Below are positions 8,155 to 16,795 of a DNA stretch of 64,000 bases, one piece after another. The stretch spans positions 294-64,293 of the forward strand of contig CAZBJW010000004.1 of assembly GCA_964492135.1 (NCBI GenBank). The letters run 5' to 3'. The notes under the pieces were generated by a model that worked only from the letters and a program-made list of their open reading frames with translations, did not search any database and was not told the origin of the DNA. The stretch comes from an uncultured Anaerolineales bacterium (GTDB taxonomy: Bacteria > Chloroflexota > Anaerolineae > UBA7937 > B3-Chlor). Both the position numbers and the translations under genes were made by a program. Every line of letters starts with the position of its first letter. Within the stretch, counting starts at the first letter, position 1.

Positions 8155-10845
8155 GTGACCTTCGCAGATATCCAGGGGAGCAGATTGAACACTGAGGAGG
8201 ATCTACTCTTGGAAATCACCCCACCTCGCGACAACGAGCGGGATGCTGCAGCGGTGGAGGATATGCTGGCTGCCCTCTCGTTGAGCGAGCCCTTTTCCCT
8301 GGAAATCGCGGGCGAGGCGGGAAGGAAGCGCTTCCTGGCCAGGGGCTCAGCGCGGGCCATCGAGCATCTCCGGTCGCGCCTGGCGGGGATCTACCCTCAC
8401 GCTGGTTTGGAGGTGGTGAACCCCGCTCGGGAGCCCCGTCGGGACCCGGCCCGACCACGTCCAGGGGAGCGGGCTCTGACGATGGAACTCTATCTCCGGA
8501 CGGGTCCTCACCTCCCCATAAAGACCTATACCACCTACCAGGACGAAAGAGTTCGGGGCTCGGATCCACTCCTGGAAGTCCTCTCAGCATTGGGCGCTCG
8601 AGGACGAGCCCTGACTCAGTTGATCCTTAGACCGGCGCCAGACAACTGGTCGGAGAGGTACCTCGACCTGGCTCGCCAGCGCCATTGGCAGGAGCGGAAA
8701 GCCTCTCCTCGGGGGCAGGCCGCGGTGGGGATCTTCCTTCTAATGGTATTCTGGGCCCTGTTTCTCTTCTTGAGAGCCTTCTTCTGGTGGCTGGAGGGGC
8801 TGAGAGGCCATGCACTTCTGGCGGGGATGGCTCTCTTCCTGGGAGAGGTGGCCTTGTTCTATCCCCTGCGGTCTCTGACCCGAGAAGATGATCCCCAGAT
8901 CGTGCGGGAGAAGGTCCACCTGCCCGCCTTCGAGACCTGGCTACGGATCGCCACCTTCACGGAAGAGGTGGTGGAGTTGGAAGAGAGGATGTGGGACATT
9001 GTCTCAGCGTACAGGCTCTACAACCTGCCAGCTGGGAACGGCTTCCTGGCCAGAAAGGTGGCCTTCGACCCCACTGACATAGGTACAGACCCCCTGGCGA
9101 TCGATCTTCCCCTCTTGGGGAGGAATATCAGGTCCTGGTGGGCGAGAAAGCCAATCCTCAACGTCAGGGAGTTGGCCAGCCTGTGGCACCTGCCCCTGGG
9201 AGAGGTTGAGGTGCAGGGGCTGAGGCGTGCCCCCGCCCGAGTGGTTCTCCCTGTAACGGAGGTATCGGGGGAGGGGATCCTCTTGGGCCACTCGGTCCAT
9301 CAGGGCCGGCGAGTGGAGGTGCGGCTCCCCTTCGAGATCCTCCATCACAACATCTTCTTGGTGGGGAAGACCCAGCGGGGGAAGTCTAACCTGATGCAGC
9401 TCCTGGCGGAGGCGGCCTTGGCCGCGGGCGACCGGGCGGTGGTGGTGATCGATCCCCACGTGGACCTCGTTCGCTCACTGCAAGCTCGCATCCCACCCGG
9501 CCACGAGGAGCGGGTGATACTCATCGACCTCTTCGATCAAGACTCCCCGGTAGGGATCAACCTTCTGGAGTACCAGCAAGAGAGCCCCATCGACCGGGAC
9601 AAGGTGGTGGCAGACATCATCGACAGCTTCTCCGACATCTGGGTCCGCTTCTGGGGTCCTCGCATGGAGATCTACCTGAGGTGGGCGCTCCTGACCCTGG
9701 CCGAACATAACCGAACCGCAAAGCGGCAGATGACCATCCTGGAGGTCAACCTCCTTCTATCGGATGAGAGGTTCCGTGGGGATATCCTCCGCCAGATCAG
9801 GGATCCGGAGATCCACCGCTGGTGGCGGGAGGAGTACGAACCCCTCAGATTGAGACATTCCCGCTTCATGATGGAGGTCATCTCTCCCGTAAAGACCAAA
9901 ATCGACCGCTTCGTGGCCTCCAGGATCGCCAAGAACGTCCTGGGACAGCCTCGGTCAAGTGCAGACATCGGAAGGGCGATCCAAGACCGGAAGATCGTAC
10001 TGGTGAACCTGGCCTCAGGTCTGGTGGGGAAGGAGACGGCTTCTCTTCTGGGCTCGGCCATCTTGGATATTCTAGCTTCGGTCTTCCGCTATCAGGCGCA
10101 AGAGGAGAGACGGCGGCGAGCCCTGGCCACCGTGATCGTGGACGAGATCCAGGCCATCGAAGGATCGGGGAGGAAGTATAGGGAGTTCTTGCAGGAGCTT
10201 TCCAAGTTCGGCGCCAACGTGGTCCTGGGCACCCAGAGCCTGGCCATGATCGAGACGATGGAACCCGGTCTGAAAGGGGCCATCTTCGCCAATTCGAGCA
10301 CTCTGTTCCTCTTCGAGTCCAGTGCCGAGGACGCCCGCTATCTGGTTCATGAGTTGGATCGACCCGTCTCGGTAACCGATCTGACGAACCTGGGCCCCTA
10401 CCGTTGTTATGTCAAGACCATGATCAGCGGGGAGCGGATCCCGGTCTTCACCCTGGAGAGTCTCCCACCTCAACCAGGTTCTTGGGAGCAGGCGAAGCGA
10501 GTGCGAATGCTCTCCCAGAAGCACTATGGGCGCGATAGGGCTGAGGTGGAGGCGGAGAGAACGACCAGCATCCAAGAGCGCTACTACCCTGTGACCCTCC
10601 CCGTGGAGAAGGTGGTTGCCCAGGCGCCAGCCGGGTCACGCCCCTACCCCAACAATACACCCAGGGAGAAGACAGGAGCAGACGGCGATGCTGCGGAAGC
10701 GGCGGGCGAGGCGGTAGAGACTCCTCATCACGTAGGGGGCGCCTCCGCGGAGGCGGCTCTCGATGAGGAGCTCCGGCGTCTTAGGCGCAACCGGGCACGT
10801 CGCCAGCGAAGCAAGAAGAGCACGAATGATCGTTTCTCAGAATAG
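8155..10845 (+). CDS. Membrane-anchored P-loop ATPase of the TraD/TraG/VirD4 coupling-protein / HerA-FtsK type
   Basis: 896 aa. It has a soluble N-terminal region of about 190 aa and two TM helices (AAVGIFLLMVFWALFLFLRAFFWWL, ALLAGMALFLGEVALFYPL). Walker A is FLVGKTQRGKSNLMQ followed by VVVIDPHVDL. Walker B is ATVIVDEIQAI. Basic/acidic C-terminal tail. Confidence 0.6.
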   Translation: MTFADIQGSRLNTEEDLLLEITPPRDNERDAAAVEDMLAALSLSEPFSLEIAGEAGRKRFLARGSARAIEHLRSRLAGIYPHAGLEVVNPAREPRRDPARPRPGERALTMELYLRTGPHLPIKTYTTYQDERVRGSDPLLEVLSALGARGRALTQLILRPAPDNWSERYLDLARQRHWQERKASPRGQAAVGIFLLMVFWALFLFLRAFFWWLEGLRGHALLAGMALFLGEVALFYPLRSLTREDDPQIVREKVHLPAFETWLRIATFTEEVVELEERMWDIVSAYRLYNLPAGNGFLARKVAFDPTDIGTDPLAIDLPLLGRNIRSWWARKPILNVRELASLWHLPLGEVEVQGLRRAPARVVLPVTEVSGEGILLGHSVHQGRRVEVRLPFEILHHNIFLVGKTQRGKSNLMQLLAEAALAAGDRAVVVIDPHVDLVRSLQARIPPGHEERVILIDLFDQDSPVGINLLEYQQESPIDRDKVVADIIDSFSDIWVRFWGPRMEIYLRWALLTLAEHNRTAKRQMTILEVNLLLSDERFRGDILRQIRDPEIHRWWREEYEPLRLRHSRFMMEVISPVKTKIDRFVASRIAKNVLGQPRSSADIGRAIQDRKIVLVNLASGLVGKETASLLGSAILDILASVFRYQAQEERRRRALATVIVDEIQAIEGSGRKYREFLQELSKFGANVVLGTQSLAMIETMEPGLKGAIFANSSTLFLFESSAEDARYLVHELDRPVSVTDLTNLGPYRCYVKTMISGERIPVFTLESLPPQPGSWEQAKRVRMLSQKHYGRDRAEVEAERTTSIQERYYPVTLPVEKVVAQAPAGSRPYPNNTPREKTGADGDAAEAAGEAVETPHHVGGASAEAALDEELRRLRRNRARRQRSKKSTNDRFSE

Positions 10846-10892
10846 AGGAGGTCAAGGTCGAAGAGCATACCATCCGCAAGATCGAACTGGAG

Positions 10893-12734
10893 ATGCTGCA
10901 CTGGCTGATCAGCTATCCTCTGATGAGCGCTTACCAACTCGCGGTCGGGTTGGGTCTGGACTGGGGCTCAGTCAAGGGGTACCTGAGACACCTGGCGGAT
11001 GAACTGGGTTTCCTCGAACGGCTGTCATGTGCGGACCCCGGGCTTCGAAAAGGGGTGCAAGCCTACATCCCCACGGACGAGGGCATCAGGGCTCTCGCTC
11101 AGGAGCAGGGGCTATCCAATGTCCAGTGCGCCCGCCAGCACGGCCTGACTAAGGGCCGTCTCTATAAGATAATCAATAGCCTCCCCTTCTACTATGGATT
11201 GCGCACCTTCGTGGTTCGGCTGGGCGAAACGGCCCGCCGCCACGGGCAGATGGTGGCTCTCTTCGAGGAGGAGCCGCTGTTTCGCTTCATCAGGGGCGGC
11301 CGCGAGCGCCGTTTCCGCCCTGATGCCTTCTCGGTCTATCGGGCTGGAAATGCGGCCTATCCCTTCATCCTCTTGTGGGACGCGGGGTACGGTCGGGTCA
11401 GCCACTTCCGTGGAAGGGTGGATAGGCTCCATGACCTCAGGGAGGCGGATCGTTATCCCTTCCCGGCGAAATATCGCCGCTTTCCCGCCGTGGCTGTGGT
11501 GACTACCGATCGCTGGCGGCTTCTCGAGTGGCAGCGGATGGTGCGTCTTTCAGCCATTCGACGCCGGTCGGCGGAGGTGCAGCTCTATCTCACCCTGAGG
11601 CGTGACCTGCGCCCCGGGCCCGAGGGAGAAGAGTGGAACTTCTTCCGTCCCGTCTGGGTCGATGGAGCAGGGCAGAGGGTGCCCTTCTTGAATGGGGCTC
11701 CCTCTTTCCCTTGGGAGGAGTACCGCACTTTCCGGGAGGAGCGTCTCTCCCCCGGGGAGGCCCCTCGCCGGTCTCGTCGCAAGATCCTGGGCGATCCTCT
11801 CCTGGAGAAGGCTCAAGCGCTGAGGAACCTCTTCCCACGGGCAGGGGAAGAGGAGATCGCCCTGGTCAACCTGGCCCTGCGCCGCAGGGAGAAGGAGGTG
11901 CTCCTTTGGATCGGGGACCACCCGCTTCTCTCAGTGAGACTGCTGGCTCTCTTCATGGGGAACCGAGAGAGCACTATCCAGAGAGACATCCCCCGCCTGG
12001 CCAAGCTGGGCCTGATAGAACAGGCTGAGCCTCCAGATGGTTTCCAGGGCGAGGCCATGTACCTCTTGACCGATCAGGGTGTGAGGTGGCTGGTGAAGCG
12101 GCGGCGGGAAAAGCACCGAGCCTTCGTCCTACGCCACTGGCGACGGACGGTGAGGTGGATGCTGGTCCACCTTCGGCATACGCGAGCCCTCTACGAGTGC
12201 ATGGCCGCCTTCGCAGCCCCTGATCTCACAACCGGCCCTCCTGGTTCGTGCGGGTTGCACCTCTGGGAGAGCGAGTTTCGCACACACCGACGGTACGAGT
12301 ACCGGGGACTCAACCGGGTCTTCACCCCGGATGCGTATGGGGTTTTTCGACTTGGAGATCGTGGCTATCGCTTCTTCCTGGAGGTGGACAGGGATACCGT
12401 GCATGGGCGTTTACTGCAGAGAAAAGTAGAGAGTTACTATATCTTCCGGCGTAGCCGGGAGTTCGTGGAGCATGGCTTTGCTTTCCCTTCGGTCTTGGTG
12501 GTGACGACTACCCTGGGCCGGGCGAGAGGCATCCTCTCCACCTTCCAGCGAGTTGCCGGCTGGTTGGGTGTAGGGGTTCTCCCCCTCTACGTGACGACGC
12601 AGCAACTGGTCGCCGCCGAGGGCCCTCTGGCTCCCATCTGGCTTACACCGGCATCCAAGAACCCCGTCCACTGGTTGCCCATGGACAACCCTCCCGCTGA
12701 AGGGGAGGAAGACACCCGTGAGCCGCGTCGATGA
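10893..12734 (+). CDS. Tandem replication-relaxation (Replic_Relax-like) protein: two wHTH + nuclease-like repeats
   Basis: 613 aa. Repeat 1: LEMLHWLISYPLMSAYQLAVGL...FRPDAFSVYR...FILLWDAGYG. Repeat 2: EKEVLLWIGDHPLLSVRLLALFMG...FTPDAYGVFR...FFLEVDRDTVHGRLLQRKVESYY. The start is uncertain: the reading frame is open from 10830 and GAGGAGG lies at 10845-10851, but there is no canonical start before 10893. Confidence 0.6.
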   Translation: MLHWLISYPLMSAYQLAVGLGLDWGSVKGYLRHLADELGFLERLSCADPGLRKGVQAYIPTDEGIRALAQEQGLSNVQCARQHGLTKGRLYKIINSLPFYYGLRTFVVRLGETARRHGQMVALFEEEPLFRFIRGGRERRFRPDAFSVYRAGNAAYPFILLWDAGYGRVSHFRGRVDRLHDLREADRYPFPAKYRRFPAVAVVTTDRWRLLEWQRMVRLSAIRRRSAEVQLYLTLRRDLRPGPEGEEWNFFRPVWVDGAGQRVPFLNGAPSFPWEEYRTFREERLSPGEAPRRSRRKILGDPLLEKAQALRNLFPRAGEEEIALVNLALRRREKEVLLWIGDHPLLSVRLLALFMGNRESTIQRDIPRLAKLGLIEQAEPPDGFQGEAMYLLTDQGVRWLVKRRREKHRAFVLRHWRRTVRWMLVHLRHTRALYECMAAFAAPDLTTGPPGSCGLHLWESEFRTHRRYEYRGLNRVFTPDAYGVFRLGDRGYRFFLEVDRDTVHGRLLQRKVESYYIFRRSREFVEHGFAFPSVLVVTTTLGRARGILSTFQRVAGWLGVGVLPLYVTTQQLVAAEGPLAPIWLTPASKNPVHWLPMDNPPAEGEEDTREPRR

Positions 12735-13113
12735 TCCATCTTTCAGTATCCTCCGTTCATTCACCTTACTCATGGAGGCCAAATCGCCGGATCTGTATCT
12801 TCACTGCTTGAGGGTGGCCTCTCTGGCCGTTGCTCCAAGGCAGGCGCTCGATCTCTCGGAGAGCGCCCAGCTGGAACTGGAGGTGGGCGCGGGGCTTCAT
12901 GATCTGGGCAAGCTGGCCCTTCCCGACGCCATCATGGGCAAGGGGGAGAGCTTGGGCGAAGCGGAGATGGCTGCCATTCGGACACATCCTGAGTTGGGAG
13001 AGCGCATTCTCTCCCCGCTTCCAGTGGCGGACGAGGGGCGGAAGGTGGTCCACTGCCACCACGAGCGCATGAGTGGGGAGGGTTACCCCAGACGGCTTTG
13101 TCTTCACCGCTAA
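12718..13113 (+). pseudogene. HD-GYP domain fragment (truncated at both ends)
   Basis: HCLRVASLAV...GLHDLGKLALPDAIMGKGESLGEAEMAAIRTHPELGERIL...HCHHERMSGEGYP. There is no sensor or receiver part upstream, and the sequence ends 7 codons after GYP. Confidence 0.6.
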
Positions 13114-13480
13114 AACGCCGAACGAGATCACCCATGAGCACCACCTGACTAACGCTCTGAGGGCCTTATATCAATTTCTGAGAGTGATGAGTCATCTTGG
13201 GGGGAGACAAGCTGGGACCTATTCTCATGCAGCTCCCTCCTACTGTGCACTTTGGCTACAGAAACCCACTGGAGGGATTCCTTGCGGGGTTGCCGCGCGA
13301 TCAGGAGTTCGCTGTCGAATTTCGAGATGACTTTGGGTCCAAGAGGATGTCTTTGAACTGCTGCGGCATCACGGCGTTGCCTGGTGCATCACAGATACCG
13401 ACCTGATACCGGCCATCCCCGAGATCACCGCTGACTTCACCTACATACGTTGGATCAGGGATCGTCGCGCGCGAGTAGGA
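13085..13480 (+). pseudogene. DUF72-family gene remnant, N-terminally truncated and frameshifted
   Basis: Pieces in three frames: PDGFVFTAKTPNEITHEHHL...LYQFL / DKLGPILMQLPPTV...EFAVEFRD / EDVFELLRHHGVAWCITDTD...ITADFTYIRW. These are classic DUF72 motifs. Confidence 0.6.
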
Positions 13481-13821
13481 TCCCGTCGTGGGAAGATCGA
13501 TCCTGATCTCACACCTGGTTGCCCCTTTCAATCGCGGGGTGGTAAAATATACCATGCCAAGGCCACTAGATGGAACGGGCACCAGGGGCGCCGAGCGTAG
13601 CTCTCCCCAAGTCTGTCTGGCCAATTGTAACCTGGGGATGGCCTTTTCTCTAGACTTCGAGGTGTGCAAAGGGATGCCTCGTTCCTCACTTGCCTGCCGT
13701 TGGTTCAAGTGACTCGCTATAACGAGAGGACGTGACCTAGGCACCTTGGTGGGGGGTCACACCTGCGGGTAGTGTCGCTTATCCTGACCTGCCGCGCCCA
13801 TAACAACCGCACCTTCAAACC

Positions 13822-13849
13822 TTGACCTTGGGACGGGTTCAGCTATACT
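13822..13849 (+). promoter_or_regulatory. Candidate promoter of the vapB-like gene
   Basis: TTGACC (13822-13827), 16 nt spacer, TATACT (13844-13849). Followed by a small inverted repeat, GGCTA-n5-TAGCC. Confidence 0.4.
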
Positions 13850-13890
13850 CTACATTGGTGGCTAGACTATAGCCGCAGAAGACGCACGAA

Positions 13891-14172
13891 GTGGCAAGCG
13901 TTAGGAAATTGTCATCCAAGGGGCAAGTAGTCGTCCCTGAGGATCTAGGCCGCCAGTATGGGATTGATTCGGGCCATCTCCTGATGGTAGAAGACAGTGA
14001 AGGTGGCATCCGAGTCTTGCCCTTGCCCAAAGATCCCTTGAGAGCGATCGCTGGCCGTCTTGCCGGGAAGCCAGGACTAGAGGTTCTTAAGGGCGAACGG
14101 GAGCGGGAGCTAAAGGCAGACGAGGAGAGAACCCAGCGCCTAGCAGGGAAGCGAGAGTCAACTACCCCATAG
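13891..14172 (+). CDS. AbrB/SpoVT-type antitoxin (VapB-like)
   Basis: 93 aa, GTG start. The N-terminus VRKLSSKGQVVVPEDLGRQYGIDSGHLLMVEDSEGGIRVLP is a swapped-hairpin AbrB fold signature. Confidence 0.7.
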   Translation: MASVRKLSSKGQVVVPEDLGRQYGIDSGHLLMVEDSEGGIRVLPLPKDPLRAIAGRLAGKPGLEVLKGERERELKADEERTQRLAGKRESTTP

Positions 14173-14493
14173 ATAAATCCAGGGGCTTGTCCCTGGCGCC
14201 ACAGGAGGTCCTGTGTCCGAGACGTATGGCTGGTTGACAACAGCCCGACGGAGAATATCCGCCGCGAGTTACAGGCTAAGCCTGACGCCGAGGGTTTTAC
14301 CCGCACAGCGATTCGTGTGCAGAACCCGTTACCTCCGCTTGTTAAGGTGCAAAAGCCGTTTCTCCGCCGTGCGGAGTGCCTTGCGACCCTACAAACAGTA
14401 TAGGACAAATTTGCTAACTTTGCAAAAAAGGAGAATCGCGGCGCTCCTCCCCACACCTGAAAGAGGGGGTATCCGCGCCCGAAAGGATTTCCG

Positions 14494-14870
14494 ATGAGAG
14501 AGGTGTTGCACGGCAGCTCCCTGGTGGCCCTCATCCACAAACAGGCTGGCTATACTATGTCTACCGCCTGATTGAACGGGCCCAGGAGGGAGACGCGGAT
14601 ATCTACTTCTCTGAAATTGACTATGGTGAGATCCTCTACGTTGTGGCCAGAACGGGGGGAACAAAGGAACTTGAATATCACAGACGAGTCCTTCCAGCGC
14701 TTCCAATCACCCTTGTGCCGGTAGATCGTGCGCTGATTGAGCGAGGTGCAGAGATCAAAGCGTTGCCAGGCGGTGCTTTCCTAGAGGCGATCTGTGCTGC
14801 CCTGGCTGAGCGGCTTGATGCTACTGTGGTGACTGGGGACCAAGGGTGTCAAAAAACGAGACCGGGTTGA
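14494..14870 (+). pseudogene. PIN-domain toxin (VapC-like), frameshifted and separated from its antitoxin
   Basis: MREVLHGSSLVALIHKQAGY runs to a stop at about 14569. The -1 frame continues YRLIERAQEGDADIYFSEIDYGEILYVV...LPITLVPVD...AICAALAERLDATVVTGDQG. The first catalytic Asp position reads His/Gly. Confidence 0.6.
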
Positions 14871-14871
14871 A

Positions 14872-16407
14872 GTGGACACTGGCAAAGCAGACCAAAAGCC
14901 CGTAGGAGTTGGTGTGACCAGAACGGCAATCAAGAGATTTCTCAGCCCAGGCGAAACCCTTTCTCAGCAGGTGGTCCGCGGCGGCTTCTGGGTGTTCGCA
15001 ATCCGGATCGTGTCACGGCTCTTCAGCCTGGCGCGCACTATTGTGCTGGCTCGGCTGCTTGCGCCGAAGGATTTCGGACTGTTCGGGATCGCGCTTCTCG
15101 CGATGTCTGCTCTGGAGACGTTCTCACAGACGGGGTTTCAGCAGGCGCTCGTCCAGAAGAAGAGGGCCATAAGACCCTATCTGGACACCGCCTGGACAGT
15201 CCAGGCGATCCGTGGGGCAGCCCTGGCATTTATTCTCTTTGGGATTGCCCCCTATGTGGCGGTGTTCTTCGGCGAGCGAACGGCCGCAGCACTACTGCGC
15301 GTGTTGGGGCTCTCGATGCTCTTTCAGGGCTTCGCCAACATCGGGGTCGTCTACTTCCAAAAGGAACTGGAGTTTCACAAGCAGTTCGTTTACCAGCTGA
15401 GCGGCACTTTGGTGGATCTTGTGGTAGCAATCACCGCCGCTCTTCTGCTCCGGAACGCTTGGGCGCTCGTCTTCGGGCTCTTGGCCGGGAACCTCGTGCG
15501 GACAGTGGCGTCATACTTGATTCACCCTTATCGGCCGAGATTGCGGTTGGAAGGAGCGAGAGCGAAGGAGTTGTATGACTTCGGGAGATGGATATTAGGT
15601 TCGAGTGTGCTTGTATTCCTCACTACTCAGGGCGACGACATCTTCGTAGGAAAGTTGCTTGGTGTGACAGCACTCGGTTTCTATCAGTTGGCTTACCGAA
15701 TCTCAAATATGCCAGCAACAGAGATAACGCACGTAATTTCGCAGGTAACATTCCCAACTTACTCGAAGCTACAAGATGACCTTTCCAAACTAAGGGAAGG
15801 CTATTTGAAAGTGCTGCAGGTTACAGTCTTTATCTCCGCACCACTAGCAGGAATGATTTTTGTCCTGTCTCGCGAATTCACTCACCTATTTCTAGGAGAA
15901 AAATGGATGCCAATGGTGCCGGCAGTGCAGGCGCTGGTGTTGGCCGGTTTGGTAAGGTCAGTAGTAGCGACAACGGGTCCGGTATTTCAGGGGGTTGGAA
16001 AGCCACAAATAGAAACGAAGGGGCACATACTCCGATTATCGGTGTTGGCAATCTCAATCTATCCCCTAACTGTTCGGTGGGGAATAGTGGGTGCCTCGGT
16101 CAGTGTATTCTTAAGTATCCTCGTGTCCGCCATTGGGTTTAGTTATATGACGGTAAGGATTACCAAGTGTGGAATTAGAGAGTTTAGTAAAGCGGTGGTA
16201 CCCCCATTGATAAATGCGCTAATTATGATTTGGCTAATATACCTCCTTAAGATTAAGGTGGGTGCGGTTGGAATTCTGGGATTTACCCTGCTTGCCGCTA
16301 TAGGTGGGGTCAGCTATCTTGCCGTAGCATCTCTCTTAGATCGGTTCTCAAATTATAGGATGCACTCACTAATAAGAGAATCTTTATCGGCACTCCGAGG
16401 GAATTAA
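14872..16407 (+). CDS. Wzx-type oligosaccharide flippase (MOP/PST family), copy 1
   Basis: 511 aa polytopic protein. N-terminal signature ARTIVLARLLAPKDFGLFGIALLAMSALETFSQTGFQQALVQKK. Confidence 0.8.
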   Translation: MDTGKADQKPVGVGVTRTAIKRFLSPGETLSQQVVRGGFWVFAIRIVSRLFSLARTIVLARLLAPKDFGLFGIALLAMSALETFSQTGFQQALVQKKRAIRPYLDTAWTVQAIRGAALAFILFGIAPYVAVFFGERTAAALLRVLGLSMLFQGFANIGVVYFQKELEFHKQFVYQLSGTLVDLVVAITAALLLRNAWALVFGLLAGNLVRTVASYLIHPYRPRLRLEGARAKELYDFGRWILGSSVLVFLTTQGDDIFVGKLLGVTALGFYQLAYRISNMPATEITHVISQVTFPTYSKLQDDLSKLREGYLKVLQVTVFISAPLAGMIFVLSREFTHLFLGEKWMPMVPAVQALVLAGLVRSVVATTGPVFQGVGKPQIETKGHILRLSVLAISIYPLTVRWGIVGASVSVFLSILVSAIGFSYMTVRITKCGIREFSKAVVPPLINALIMIWLIYLLKIKVGAVGILGFTLLAAIGGVSYLAVASLLDRFSNYRMHSLIRESLSALRGN

Positions 16408-16458
16408 GTAGCCCATAGGTGTTTGTTTTCTTAACTTATTCGGCAAAAAGCTTGGGGA

Positions 16459-16752
16459 ATGATCATAATGTGCAAATGCCAAGAGAATGGCGATACGATA
16501 ACAAGGCTAAGGCAATTTTACGATTCTTCCGATACTTATCTGGGCGGGCTTAAGAAGTATGATGAACAATCATTCGCTTCGTATCTTAGTTTAATTGAAA
16601 ATATTGTGCCTCGTGGCTCATTGATTCTCGATTGTGGTTGCGGCATAGGATTTTCATCCTATCTCCTTACGAAACGCGGCTTTCGGGTAATAGGAATGGA
16701 TATATCGGAACTTTTTATAGCAGAAGCAAAGCTGTACAATCTTTCTATATAA
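16459..16752 (+). CDS. Class I SAM-dependent methyltransferase, apparently C-terminally truncated
   Basis: 97 aa. SAM motif I is LILDCGCGIGFSSYLLTKRGFRVIGMDIS. The ORF ends shortly after motif II. The region is AT-rich. Confidence 0.55.
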   Translation: MIIMCKCQENGDTITRLRQFYDSSDTYLGGLKKYDEQSFASYLSLIENIVPRGSLILDCGCGIGFSSYLLTKRGFRVIGMDISELFIAEAKLYNLSI

Positions 16753-16795
16753 AAGCTAGGAAAAGCCCCTGCATAATCGTAGGAGTTAAAGAACG

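Noticed and set aside
8216-8590. Minus-strand ORFs inside the ATPase and Replic_Relax genes (e.g. 8216-8590, 9004-9459, 10072-10575, 11550-11921)
   Set aside because: All are antisense or alternative-frame shadows of the two long plus-strand genes, with Pro/Arg/Gly-rich products and no motifs.
14300-14330. gcagaacccgttacc resembles the RNase P RNA 3-prime block ACAGAACCCGGCTTA
   Set aside because: None of the other universally conserved RNase P elements (GGAAAGTCCGG, GTAAGAGCGCACC and others) are present on either strand of the 320-nt insert.
13839-14540. 233-aa minus-strand ORF spanning vapB and the spacer
   Set aside because: It overlaps the convincing AbrB-type antitoxin on the other strand and continues through hairpin-rich non-coding sequence. 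Composition is Arg/Ser-rich with no motif.
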